A DNA stretch of 64,000 nucleotides from Octopus sinensis (GCF_006345805.1 NC_043012.1:13950001-14014000), one strand, 5' to 3'. Shown: positions 1-13,480, counted from the stretch's first letter. Program-made: numbers and translations. Notes: generated from the letters alone by a model not told the origin.

Positions 1-394
1 GCTTATCCTAGATTAGAAGATGGTCGACCTCAGATAATGTTAAATTTTCCCATAATATGATCCGCCTGCTGCGCTTTTAATCAGATGTAAGAAGACATAG
101 TACTCACTGCGTAAAAATCTTTGTCGTGGCATGTTTATCGTGCAGACTATTCTCAAATCTCTCATGTGATATCTTAAGAGCATTGGTTATTTAATTTATA
201 TTCAATCGCCTGTCATCCTTCACCATTTGGTGAGCACTGCAGGCGGCTTTTAAGCAAGTCTATGCCTTCTAAGCAACTGACCCTGAATAGTAAGATCTGC
301 AAACAGATCTCTGACTTCTTTTAGAGAATTAGTTGCAATTTCTTCCTCTAGGACCAATGATGATCATATTCGTCGCAAGAAATCACCAAAATCT

Positions 395-790
395 CAAGAA
401 ATTACCAAAATCATGAAATCGCCAAAATCAATCGCAGTAATGAAATTATAGGAATCTAAAATTTCAGGATTGCAGGTCTGTATTCGGCCAGGAATTTTCT
501 TAATTTACTCATGGATTTAGCCTTTAGATTATAAAAATTGTTATCGCATAAAAAAATTTGTCGCAAAAGGCACGTAAAAAATCGGCGAAATATATCAGAG
601 TAACGAAGACTTGGGAATCCAAAATTTCAGGATTGTGGATCCGGTTACGGTGTGGAATGTTTTTAATTTACTCACGGAGTCAGCCTGATTTCAAAATGAT
701 ATATGTTGGACTACGACTTCTAGGAGTGAAGTTGCAAATGTGTGACACACTGATACACTGACTTTCACATTTATTATATCATATTATTAT
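395..790 (+). mobile_element. Non-autonomous Helitron/HINE-like element fragment with internal diverged duplication
   Basis: The block aaaatttcaggattg...aatttactca occurs twice (about 458-530 and 622-690). The end tgtgacacactgatacactgactttcacatttatta recurs at about 1200-1230. Family assignment is by general resemblance only. Confidence 0.35.
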
Positions 791-793
791 AGT

Positions 794-1186
794 AAGGCTA
801 CGATCTGGCAGAATCGTTAGCACGCCGGGCGAAAAGCTTAGCGGTATTTCGGCTGCCGCTGCGTTCTGAGTTCAAGTTCCGCCGAGGTCAACTTTGCCTT
901 TCATCCTTTCGGGTCGATAAATTAAGCACCAGCTACGCACTGGGGTCGATGTAATCGACTTAGTCCGTTCGTCTGTCTTTGTTTGTCCCCTCTGTGTTTA
1001 GCCCCTTGTGGGTAGTAAAGAAATAGGTATTCCGGCTGCCGTTATGTGCTTTGAGTTTGAATTCTAACGAGGTCGACTGTGCCTTTCATCCTTTTGGGGG
1101 TCAATAAAATTAGTACCAGTGTCGATGGAATCGACTTAATACCTTCCCCTAAAATTTGAGGCCTTGTGCTTCCAGTAAAAAGGATT
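794..1186 (+). mobile_element. Octopus tRNA-derived SINE family A (OR-type), composite of a younger copy inside an older copy
   Basis: Head aaggctacgatctggcagaatcgttagc, B-box-like gagttcaagttcc and tail cccttgtgggtagtaaagaaata. A second, more diverged body starts at 1026. A 16-nt duplication lies at 843-858 and 1026-1041. Confidence 0.8.
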
Positions 1187-1273
1187 TATTAAAGTTGAAA
1201 AAGTGACACACTGACATTCACATTTATTAGATATGTTTAATTTTGGGGATACTTTATTTCAATTAAAGTATAT

Positions 1274-1320
<47 letters not shown>

Positions 1321-1740
1321 TGTGTGTATGTGTGTGTGTGTGTGTGCGTGTGTGCGTGTGTGTGTATTAAAGAAGGCACAATATAAAACAAAAATGATAG
1401 GGTTCTGTATGTTGGCGACCGGTATTTCTGTCAAAAAGACATGGATAAACAAAATTGTACATCATCCCCTTTCTCTCGCACACACACCCTTTCTTTCTCT
1501 TTATTACTCCCACTACACTTCTACTTTTAATAACATCAACGTCATCAACTCTCCCTGGATTTCATTCTCTTTCTCTCCCTCTGTTTCCTTTCTCTCTCAC
1601 TATCTCTCTCTCTTTGCCACCATTCTAACCATCTCTATGTCTACTATAATCTTGCCCCATCATGAGTAATAGTAGGAGTGTCATTGAACATTGAGAGGGC
1701 GCGACTGTGACACAGAAACACAGAAATTAGTTTTCGAATT

Positions 1741-1820
1741 TATTATATTACATTATATTATATTATATTATATTATATTATATAATATAATATTATATTA
1801 TATTGTATTATATTATATCA

Positions 1821-1856
<36 letters not shown>

Positions 1857-1899
1857 TGTATGTATGTATGTATGTATGTATGTATGTATGTATGTATGT
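1741..1899. repeat. (ATTAT)n followed by (TATG)n microsatellites
   Basis: Directly visible tandem units. Confidence 0.95.
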
Positions 1900-2531
1900 A
1901 GTCATTTCGGGAACTGTTCTGCTCTGTTACTCTAAATCGAGCATATTAAGCATGTGAAGTTTCACTTAAGTTCCGAATATTTATCTACCGAAGCCGATGA
2001 TAATAGCTTGTGATATCTAACCTGGTAAGGAGATTAATGCAACCGAAAAATTAATCATTCCACATTACAAATCTTACATTTTGAAACGGATATTTTAATG
2101 GTCTTCTTGAAATGAATATATGTACCGATTATTTTTAACATGCCTATGTGTGTTCTTTTATGACTGGAATCACAGCAGCCAACTGAAGAAAAACTATAAA
2201 ATCAATGTTAGAATTTTAAGCAATTTGCAATCCTCGAATTACCAATTAGCATATTTTGTGCAAATCATTTTAACACATAAATTTAATATCGAAAACGGTT
2301 ACTAATTTGCAGACAAGTAGTACATCGAAATATTCTACTAGCAAGCTAATTGCGGTTGTTACACAACATAGTGTATATCTGGAAGAGATTAATAGGCGGA
2401 GGAATTGACTTTAGAATAGACATGTGTGTGCGCGCGCGTGTGTGTGTGTGTGTGTATGTGAGTTCTGTTTAGTTTCGACGAACAAGCGGACCAGATACTT
2501 TGAGTATGTGCGGTCGATATTGTTTATATTG

Positions 2532-2610
<79 letters not shown>

Positions 2611-2637
2611 CATATACATATATATATATATGCATAA

Positions 2638-2678
<41 letters not shown>

Positions 2679-2833
2679 CGTATTTTAGCCATTTCAGTAT
2701 GGCTAACCCCTAAGGGTGGATGCTACTGTAGTTTTTAGCCCCAGGAGGACACACTCCTCCAGCTGGCCATAGACACACTATCTGTGTCCTGTCAGTATTT
2801 GCAAAGGGAAGTCATTCTTCCCGTCTTCAACTT

Positions 2834-2892
2834 ATGATACACACGGACTCGAGTTTCGAGGTATTGACCTCTCGTCAGCGTGTGACAATCAT
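2834..2892 (-). ncRNA. Type I hammerhead ribozyme, canonical, in a probable Penelope-like pLTR (about 2690-2900)
   Basis: Minus strand reads cacacg-CUGACGA-gaggu caau accuc-GAA-ac ucga gu-C-cgugug. Stem I is 6 bp with an augau/aucau extension, stem II is 5 bp, stem III is palindromic, and the cleavage triplet is GUC with C at 2846. Confidence 0.9.
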
Positions 2893-3033
2893 AGTTGTCG
2901 GCGAGAATTAGATTTCCTTCACAAATACTTATACTTTTTCCAGCGCCCACTGTCGCTGATATTGAAAAAGTGAAATCAAACAATGATAAATATCAAAGTG
3001 AGTTATATACAGTAGCGGTAACACATCGTGACG

Positions 3034-3074
<41 letters not shown>

Positions 3075-3079
3075 CATAA

Positions 3080-3159
<80 letters not shown>

Positions 3160-3239
3160 TGTGTGTGTGCGTGTAAAGCAAATTAATATTCCCACGGACG
3201 AAAAAATGTAGGCGAGTTTGTTTTGGGGTTTAAAAATGC

Positions 3240-3348
3240 ACCTGAATTTGAAAAGTGTGTAGTGGCTCATAAATAAATATATTTACATACATACCATGTA
3301 TGTAAATAACTCTATTGATAAACAACTTCACAATTTTCAAACTCAGGT
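3240..3348. repeat. Imperfect foldback inverted repeat (MITE-like)
   Basis: Arms 3240-3292 and 3296-3348 with a 3-nt loop, about 80% complementary by manual alignment. Confidence 0.7.
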
Positions 3349-3527
3349 ATATTGTCAAACTCTTAAACAAATTCTCCTACATATATATATATATATTATT
3401 CTGTGTGGGTCGAGCCAGTTGTAGTTCAGACATCCGTCGCTAGAAGACACTTGATGCGACTCTGTAATTAGTATGCCGACCGGCGTTATCGTGTGTGGTC
3501 TTACTGATATGTGGTGTGTCATAGTTT

Positions 3528-3581
<54 letters not shown>

Positions 3582-4754
3582 ATATATATATCTATATATA
3601 TATATATATGTATGTATGTATGTGTATATACTCCCGTATTCGGGAAGTTAAAACTTAGATGTGGCCTATGATCAGAGTGTTTTCATCTGTGTATCGAAGA
3701 GACATATATTCCTTTTTGCTGGATTGTTGGAATCTAATTTTACAAATGTCTGGAATTGCAATTCTGAATGGGCCAGAGAAGAGGGAAGTAAATGAAAAAA
3801 AAAACATGATTGATGTTACAAGGGTCTATGAGGTGCAGCGCCATGATTTTCAGCTATATCTTATGTTCAAAAGACAGCATCGTTGAGGACGTTTTGCAGT
3901 TGACGGAGTAAGTCGGAAGTAAAATTGAGTCATTTATATTATTTACTTTTTATTTACTTATTGTTCAACAGGAAGCTGTTATTCACAATGTCTTCACATG
4001 ACCTCTCAGACTTTTGAGGTTCATTCGACAAATAGTTCTCTTATGTAGCTACGAAACATGTAGCACAAGCATTCAATCGCGTTTGGAGAGTCAAATTATG
4101 TACGACCAAGGAATGAATAATATGTAAATCGGGTGTGTTAGACTGGACATATTACGCAACACAACACTAGGTCCGACGAGAGGAAGTCACTGGAGTAGCG
4201 GTAGATGAGATAACTTAAGTGCATTTGTGGACCACAGGCTGAAAGAGGTATTAAGCAATCACATACCAAATAGCAGATTGCATTGTATATATTTGAAACA
4301 GCTGCTAAGAAAAATATAACTATGATATATAACTTAAACCTATGTTTTTCTATTTAACTCTAATTATACATGTATGTATATGTGGACTTGTGTGTGCATA
4401 TATATCTTACATATATGCACATATCGACATATGTATATATGTATATATATTTTTATTCCATATATAAATATATATATGTATGTATATATATAATAGTATA
4501 AAACAGTAAACATATAAATATATATTAAATTAGAGGTAAAACCAGTATTAGGCAAATCAAACAATGAAAAACTTAAGCCAATACATAAAATTAATTAATT
4601 TATATTATTTTAAATATATATCAAAAGTATTATAAGTTTAATAAAAGAATACGGAAACGAACAAATACGCGAGTATACGTTGAAATATTCTAACTAGGAA
4701 AAAAGTACAAGATTATCCGTAAACATGTATTTTTGACCTTTCTTTGCGAAGATA

Positions 4755-4848
<94 letters not shown>

Positions 4849-7037
4849 TAAATGTTGCATATGGTTACTGTTTCTGGGGTATCCCAGCCATTGGACCATC
4901 ATCGTATCGAGCGAATAATTTGTAAGTTGTGTATTCCGTCTTCCGAGATTGGATAGTGGAAGAATGTTCCTCCTCCTCACTATTTTGTACTATTTTACCA
5001 TTCATTATTTAGATAAATTTTAGATTGAATTAAATGTAATTAAATGTCCTTGTCTTGCCCTGCCTAATTGTGTCTTTCCTCACTATGGACATATATGTGT
5101 CTGTGTGTGTGTTTCTGCGTATATGTATATATTGTTGTATATGAATTTTTGTATTCATGGGAAAACTTAAGCACCACCAATCATTCTAAATCAATTGTTG
5201 CACATAAGCGTGCTATTCGGATTACCGATATAGTGTTTCGTCAGCTTTATTCAAAAGGGAAATTATCTAATACATGTTTAGACTATTTCAACGTATACTC
5301 GCGTATTTGTTTGTGTTCGTATTCTTTTCTATGTGTGGTTATGTGCGCCTGTGATTTACATCAGCATGTTAGTTTATGAATTGATCCTTTGTTATTACTA
5401 ATTCTTATTAACACTACTTCAATGTTACTATGTACTTTTCAAAGAATAATTTTTTAATTCATATCCACAACAATTGCATTCCACGTAATAATATAAATCT
5501 TTTTTAGTTTCGAATATTTCTTTTCCGAATAGCTCCAAGGAATATAACAAATCTGATGTCACGTGATCATCCGATTTTGTTTAAATCTAATTCCCAACAT
5601 AAAGCCAGCATTTTCTTTTTTTGACCTTTCTTTGCGAAGATAATTTTTTTCTTTATGTTAATAAATTGTTATAACAATTTGTTTTCTGCTTCAAAAAAAT
5701 CATGCTGTTTTCTTTTGAACATTCTCAGTTAAGATATGGACATCTTTTGATGTCTTTACAACACACCATTTTACTTTTGGCTTGATTTTTTTGTTCTATT
5801 TCTTTCATTCTCCTCTCTATGGATACTTGATATTGTATTAGATGTGAATGTTTTACACGGACACACAGACACATTCAATTATTTATATATGTTCTCACTT
5901 GTATACTTACAGACTTATATATATGTATTTGCATATATGTGTGCATATATATATATATATATAATTACATACACTCACAAATGAAACGTATGCCTTCGAA
6001 CTGACATACTTCAATATGCCACATGATTATAATCTCCAGATACAGCACAATGTATCGCGTATCATGCTAAGATACATTTCTAGACATAACACTTAACCAA
6101 TCAAGCTATTATCTAACGTTCATTTCCTGTATCAGAATTGAAGACTTTTCGTAGTCTAAATGCACGCTGATATCTGCATTGGAATTTGATATGTCTGAAT
6201 TTTGATTTTTATAGTCACATAGATTTTTCATTTGCATAAAATACTTTTAATGAAGTAGTGCTGCCAATTTAATCAGCTTTTGTAGCAAGAGGGGTGTGGT
6301 ATGGCCCTATGTGGTTAAGGGCGGTGTTCTTAAATTCGTCTGAGGGATGCTCCAATGCCGAGCATGAAATATTAGATTACTTCAATATTTTAAAATTGTA
6401 AAATTTGTAAATAATAAAACATGAAAATTAGACTAAGTTGGAATTCCATTGACAAGACTATATATATATTTATACGAGGTAAGAGGGGGGTTAGTAAATA
6501 CGATTGGATGCCTCAATCAGCATATTGTAAAGACGAAACATCAAAAAATAGGTAGGCGTTTACCTTAAAGAAAATTGTCTCTTCAACCTAGAATAACAGG
6601 GTCAATGAAGTAGTCGCAGAATTTAATACTCAATGTCGAAAAGTTCAATGTGACGATATTAAATTTAAATATTTGATTACGTGTGTTCCAATACTACAAG
6701 AAATTATTAATATGAATATAAATAAATTCGTAATATTACATCATGGATTATATTTATATTAATATAATGTAATGTAATGTATATAATGTAATATTATATA
6801 TTTGTGTTTCTATTCACGAAAGTTATATTCCATGTAGTGTTTAAACGCACGTAACTAAGTAATGAAATATTATAACATAATTTTCACTCTTGAATTTGTT
6901 ACACATAGCCACATATGTTTATATATATATTATATATATATGTATATATGTCTGTATATATATATATTTATATATAATAAGTGTGAATGCTGGGGTTGTC
7001 TCCATATTCGTGTTTGTCGGTGTGTGTGTGTGTGTGT

Positions 7038-7086
<49 letters not shown>

Positions 7087-7630
7087 CGTGTGTGAGTGAG
7101 TGTTTCTGTTTCTGATCCAACTTTTCTGATATTGAAAAAAGTTCCATTAAAAAATGAAATTGCAGTGAAATTTTAATGTTCATATCTTGAATAATTTTTC
7201 ATCTCTATGTTTTTGATTATATATAGTATTTGTTTTTTATTTCATTTGGTGCTGCATATCCAGGCGATGTGAACTTTATATTCTAGTTTTGTAGGTATCG
7301 CCAGAAGTTCTCTATTTTCAGTCACGTATATATTCACATGTAAAATACATCTAGGAATACATGGTTGTATGGGACGTTATTTTTTTCCCTTCAATCCTTT
7401 CTGTCGTAGGCTGGAAACGACAAAATATTTTCCATTCTTCTCTAATGTTAAACCAATACACCTGCTGGTCTGTTCCTTCACTTTCCTCCGTCTTTTGTTT
7501 TCTGTAAATTTGAAATAATAAAACATGAAAATTAGACTAAGTTGGAATTCCACTGACTAGACTATATATATTTATATACATATACACATATATATTTATA
7601 CACATATGCATATATATATACATACACACA

Positions 7631-7692
<62 letters not shown>

Positions 7693-7762
7693 CCAGGAAT
7701 AAGCACATAAATGCGAAACAAGATGGAAACAATAGTACTCGAATACCAGAGGAATTCCAAAC

Positions 7763-7808
7763 AAAACAGTCTGACGAATGGGAACGTGAAACTCTGAGTA
7801 ACAGTTTT
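7763..7808 (+). ncRNA. Type I hammerhead ribozyme, near canonical
   Basis: aaaacagu-CUGACGA-aug ggaa cgu-GAA-acuc u gagu-A-acaguuuu. All core nucleotides are present, the GUA site is at 7800, and stem I has one A.A mismatch. Confidence 0.7.
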
Positions 7809-7858
7809 TGTGATATTACTGCTGCTTTTTGATATGTATATACATATATATAGTACAA

Positions 7859-7890
<32 letters not shown>

Positions 7891-7892
<2 letters not shown>

Positions 7893-8206
7893 TTCGACCC
7901 CCTTCGTTCATGGCTGACCATGGGATTGCACCTAGAAAGTTACCTTCCTAGGCACAAGTCCGGGCAAGTCCTCCATGTATACTGGCCTCCCCTCTCCACA
8001 CCACTGATGTTATCCAAGGGAAAGGCAAAACTCGACACGGCTAGGCACCAGTGATGTCGCAACTCATTTCTACAGCTGAGTGAACTGGAGCAACGTGAAA
8101 TAAAGTGTCTTGCTCAAGAACACAACACATATCCCGGCCCAGGATTCGAACTCACAACCTCACGATCGCAAGCTCGATGCTCTAACCAGTGCGCCAAGTG
8201 CATTCA

Positions 8207-8207
<1 letters not shown>
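7891..8207 (-). mobile_element. tRNA-derived SINE (head at the right end)
   Basis: Reverse complement shows A-box-like tggcgcactggttagagc and B-box gagttcgaatcc, followed by gttgtgttcttgagcaagacacttt. Confidence 0.75.
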
Positions 8208-8274
<67 letters not shown>

Positions 8275-8401
8275 CATACATACATACATACATACATACA
8301 TACATACATACATACATACATACAAAAATACCATGTTGCTGATGTTGTGAAATTCCAAGAAACCGGTTCTTTCTATATTGGCAAGAAATCTTAAAAGTGA
8401 C

Positions 8402-8448
<47 letters not shown>

Positions 8449-8470
8449 CGCGACAGCAACAGCAGCAGCA
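8402..8470. repeat. (AGT)n microsatellite with a short (CAG) tail
   Basis: Directly visible. Confidence 0.95.
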
Positions 8471-8892
8471 CTGAATCCTTGTGGTTGGGTAGGAAACTTC
8501 TTACAACACAGCTCCGTCTGCGCCCATAGCCACACCTAAACCTATCACGGACGATTTCTTTACAAATTTCCACATCAATATGGAATTCTGGTTTCAATCC
8601 TTCCTCCTTAGGGAATTAACTTGTAACAGAACCGAGCGTCGATTAGAAATTGCGGATTGAATTTGGTTTGAAGGACACAACGTCAGACTCTGTTAAACTG
8701 ATTGCGCCAGGAATTCAATGGTCGTCTGACAACATCAGTCACTCTAATATCATGATTCTGGTTAATGATTGCGTAAGTGTACGCATATCTCAACCACTTA
8801 AACGCTACAGCAATGAATAGGGGATTCTGTGCATGATGTTAGCTCAGTGACAGACATCAGTAGTTATATTCATACACACACACACTCGCTCC

Positions 8893-8941
<49 letters not shown>

Positions 8942-9009
8942 CACATACACAGACACATAAAGGCATATGAATGTATATATGCTGTAGGGAATTTGTTTTA
9001 CAAGTGAAT

Positions 9010-9240
9010 AGGCGCAGGAGTGGCTCTGTGGTAAGTAGCTTGCTTACCAACCACATGATACCGGGTTCAGTCACACTGCGTGACAACTTGGGCAAGTGTC
9101 TTCTACTATAGCCTCGGGCGGGCCAAAAACCTTGTCAGTGGATTTGGAAGGCAGAAACTGAAAGAAGTCCGTCGTATATATATTATATATATATAATATA
9201 TATATATATATATGTATATATGTATATATATATATGTATG

Positions 9241-9277
<37 letters not shown>

Positions 9278-9495
9278 ATGTATATGTTTGTGTGTCTGTG
9301 TTTGTCCCCCCAACGTCACTTGACAACCGATGCCGATGTGTTTACGTCCCCGTCACCTAGCGTTTCAGCAAGAGTCACCGAAAGAATAAGAACTAGGCTT
9401 ACAAAGAATAAGCCCTGGGGTCGATTTACTCGACTAAAGGCGGTGCTCCAGCATGGCCGCAGTCAAATGACTGAAACAAATAAAAGAAAAAAATA
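9010..9495 (+). mobile_element. Octopus SINE family B, full length, with internal (TA)n/(TG)n tract
   Basis: Head ggcgcaggagtggctctgtggtaagtagcttgc and tail ggcggtgctccagcatggccgcagtcaaatgactgaaac. Matches other copies in the window. Confidence 0.9.
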
Positions 9496-9750
9496 AGAAA
9501 ACAAATGTATTATACACAGACACACGCAAATGCATGTACACTTACACAATTACGATGATTTTTATGTTAAACAGCCATTAGTCTAGACTTCTCGCCAATA
9601 ATTTGACGAGATAATTTAACTTGTTAATTTAAGTTGGCAGAAACAACGAACTGATCACTGTCGCTACTTTTGGCACTTTTTTCATTATCTCACTGCAGTT
9701 GCCTGCATCCAGCTACATATGTGTGCAAATGTATGAATATATGCATACAA

Positions 9751-9766
9751 GTAGTAGTAGTAGTAG

Positions 9767-9802
<36 letters not shown>

Positions 9803-9869
9803 CGGGACAAGAAGCAGCAACGGCAGCAGCAGAAACAGCAGTAGTAGTAGTAGTAGTAGTTGTAGTAGT

Positions 9870-9919
<50 letters not shown>

Positions 9920-9968
9920 CAAGAAGCACCAACGGCAGCAACAGAAACAGCAGCAGCAGCAGCGCAGC

Positions 9969-10018
<50 letters not shown>

Positions 10019-10027
10019 CGGCGGCGT
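9751..10027. repeat. Compound (AGT)n/(AGC)n trinucleotide array
   Basis: Directly visible. It explains the poly-V/S/Y ORFs here. Confidence 0.95.
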
Positions 10028-10349
10028 GAGCTGCGGTTCACTATTATCGGATATCTGTCAGAACTTTTTGGCATATGTCAGATAAACTAGTATTAACTTA
10101 ACAAGTAGTAACTAAGCAGTACTTGTAGTAAGTTAGCAAATACCGAAGTTAGTAAACGTCTTCCCGTCGATTTTCATTACGAGTTATTCCAATACTAAGT
10201 GTATTTCAGAGACATTTGTATCCTTCATATTGGTCTCAGCCAGAAAAAATTTTAACCTGGAGGGAAATGTTCATTTCTTCTCTCTCAAAGGAAATAGTGA
10301 TATCTTATACATAATATGAAATGATTCGCTACTTTAGGCATCATGTAAG

Positions 10350-10385
<36 letters not shown>

Positions 10386-10594
10386 ACGCACACATACCTT
10401 CACCAAAACATATTTTTATTATTTTCTCAATACCTTCTGCGCTGATCTGTTATAGCATGCAATGATAAAAGCGATATTATCGATGCAACAGTAGCTCACT
10501 TTGATATTATGTGGTTTGACGGGATGCTACACATAGCTTACTTTGATGTTATTTTTCAAGGGAAGGTACACGCAGCTGGGGTGCACACACATAT

Positions 10595-10672
10595 ACACAC
10601 ACCCATATGCACATCTATGTACACACACCCATATGCACATCTATGTACACACACCCATATGCACATCTATGT
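10595..10672. repeat. 26-bp minisatellite, 3 perfect copies (acacacacccatatgcacatctatgt)
   Basis: Copies at 10595, 10621 and 10647. Confidence 0.95.
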
Positions 10673-10728
10673 ACACATACATTATACAATAAATAACAGA
10701 TTCTCATTCCGGTAACCGGTATACACAC

Positions 10729-10961
10729 GGCGAGCTGGCAGAAACGTTAGCACGCCGGGCGAAATGCTTAGCGGTATTTCGTCTGCGTTACGTTGCGAGT
10801 TCAAATTCCGCCGAGGTCGACTTTGCCTTTCATCCTTTCGGGGTCGATAAATTAAGTACCAGTTACGCACTGGGTTCGATATAATCGACTTAATACCTAT
10901 GTCTGTCCTTGTTTGTCCCCTATGTGTTTAGCCCCTTGTGGGTAATAAAGAAATAGAAATA
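10729..10961 (+). mobile_element. SINE family A with 11-bp TSD ggtatacacac
   Basis: Typical head and tail. Identical flanking repeats at 10718-10728 and 10962-10972. Confidence 0.9.
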
Positions 10962-10984
10962 GGTATACACACATTCTCACTGGC

Positions 10985-11298
10985 CTTGATTCTTTCTTGC
11001 CCAAATCCCTATAAAGGCTTGTCAAAGACCAAGCTTACAAAGATCAGCTTACTGTCGCACCACCCTAACCAAGGAAATTCCTCCCTTCTTGCACCTGATA
11101 TGGCTGAAAACACGCTGTCACTTCTAACACGAGGTAATCCGCCTTGTCAAATATCAGCACACTTTCCACTAGACATCTTCGCCCTCCTGCATTTCCACGT
11201 TCGGTAATCCGAGCTCGAACAAGCCAAGTTTCTATTACAAACCTGCGAAACTTAGATTCACACGGAGCAAAATCAAATTGTCTTACATAATAATAATA

Positions 11299-11336
<38 letters not shown>

Positions 11337-11352
11337 TAATAATAATATAATG

Positions 11353-11398
<46 letters not shown>

Positions 11399-11695
11399 TA
11401 ATAATAATAATAATAATAATAATAATATGATAATAATAATAATGATAATATAATAATAATAATAATAATGATAATAATAATAATAATAAAATAATAATAA
11501 TAATAATACTAATGATAATAATAATAATGATAATAATAATGATAATAATAATATGATAATAATAATGATAATAATAATAATGATAATAATAGAATGATAA
11601 TAATAATGATAATAATAATGATAATAATAATAATATAATAATAATAATGATAATATAATAATGATAATAATAATGATAATAATAATAATGATATA

Positions 11696-11728
<33 letters not shown>

Positions 11729-11762
11729 TAATAATAATGATAATAATAATAATGATAATATA

Positions 11763-11797
<35 letters not shown>

Positions 11798-11855
11798 TGA
11801 TAATATAATAATGATAATAATAATGATAATAATAATAATGATAATAATAATAATG

Positions 11856-11896
<41 letters not shown>

Positions 11897-12180
11897 TAAT
11901 AATAATAATGTATTCCCCACACAATACAGCATCATTCACTCTCAAAATCACACATACACACAGGTAAGACGCACACAGACAATTTTCGCCACGAACATAT
12001 ACTATAGACAGGCACACTATATGGTCACACACCCACATACACGCATATATACACGAGCATGCACCACCTGAAGAAGCACGCATCAACTGCTAAACTCAAG
12101 CGTCTGCACACGCACGCGCACACACATACGTCTCCCTCTCACAAACACACACGCCTATACGCACACTGACATATTCTCAC
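10985..12180 (+). mobile_element. Highly decayed Penelope-like 3' end (GIY-YIG-like remnant, (AAT)n expansion, degenerate hammerhead)
   Basis: Translation gives SCPNPYKG...ISAHF...ALLHFH, then ELEQ and LRNLDSHG, which weakly resembles a PLE endonuclease C-terminus. A hammerhead-like ctgaagaagc...gctaaac...gtc lies at about 12061-12110. Confidence 0.4.
11288..11908. repeat. Long degenerate (AAT)n/(GAT) array of about 620 bp
   Basis: Directly visible. It explains the poly-I/Y/L ORFs. Confidence 0.95.
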
Positions 12181-12194
12181 GTCATTACCCACAT

Positions 12195-12239
<45 letters not shown>

Positions 12240-12265
12240 TATATAAATATATAAATATGTGTATA

Positions 12266-12303
<38 letters not shown>

Positions 12304-12804
12304 TGTGTGTGCATTTGTGTGTGTGTACAAATCCGCGGATATTCTACAGAGGTTATGTTTCTAGATGTCATCGAAATAGTTGCTTTAGAAGACATTTTAC
12401 ATCGGTGTCGCACAGGGATGGTGATCAAACAAAACAGGCTACGTAGGACATATTAATAACTAGAATCAGGGTGATTGTTCTGACATTGAAACGATTTCAT
12501 TGCCATTCTCTTCCAATTTGATTTATTTTAATTGAAGTGAGTAAAATGTATATTTGCAAAGTGTTGATATAGCCATTATGTTGATGATACCCTGTTAGGA
12601 AGAGCAGACAAATATTACGTAAGTTATATTCAACACTCTTAAATTATACTGTAACATTTTACGCACACTTCCTGTGCGTAAGATTTTTGTTTCAGGCTAC
12701 TCTGCGGTTACATAACAATTTCATTTACTATGTTTTAGGTATCAGATATTGGTTGCATCAATGTATACGTGTGGAATTAATGTATGTGTGTCTTTCTTGA
12801 AATA

Positions 12805-13480
12805 TTTCTTTTTCTTTGTATATTTGCTATCTTCAATATCAAAATATATTTTGTTATTTTCAAGCATATAATGTGTCAGTTTTAACATTATTTGAGGAAA
12901 TAATGGAATTAAAATATGATATATGTACAAGCTATCAAATATATATTATACTGAAAATTAGCAATAATGGAATGCTTTTTTTTTTCTTTTTTTTGTTTGA
13001 TTGTTTTTTAATGTAATTTAACGTAGCTTTTCAAAATGATTCATTGAATTGAGGCAGATTTATTAAATTCTAATACATCTTCACCACGTATTACGCACAA
13101 CTGGCCGGCAAATAATATTGTCGAATTTGCGGTTTGAATATCACTAAGGTAAATCGTGAATCTACTTCAAATCAAGAGACATGTCTTTCATTAATCTTCA
13201 TTTTATTATCGTTTTGGTATTACACATCTTATCAAATCCTAGCATGGCTGCATTCCTACCTTGGACGCATTCCTAGCTTGGACTCATGACATACGTCTGA
13301 CAAAGTTGAAGAATCTTAATCTTAAAACAACAGTTAGATGTGCTTTTTATCTTAGATTCAATATTTTGTTTAGCTAGTTGCAATCCAAGCTCTCACAGCA
13401 CACTTATTTTCTTACATATTCAGGCCAGCTTCATTTTCTTCTAATTAAGCAACTACTTTCGTCAATGTTTTACAATACTG
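12805..13480 (+). repeat. Diverged direct repeat, copy 1 (paired with 21505-22160)
   Basis: Collinear shared blocks such as ttctttgtatatttgctatcttca, tcaagagacatgtctttc, gttagatgtgcttt and cattttcttct..taagcaact. Confidence 0.8.

Noticed and set aside
4040-4070. gaaacatgta palindromic stem III-like motif
   Set aside because: No upstream CUGANGA.
8335-8372. ctgatgttgtgaaattccaagaaaccggtt hammerhead-like relic
   Set aside because: A9 is changed, stem II is poor and no stem I pairing was found.
13182-13277. Short signal-peptide-like frame starting MSFINLHFIIVLVLHIL in the duplicated block
   Set aside because: The paralogous copy hits a stop after five codons, so the frame is not conserved.
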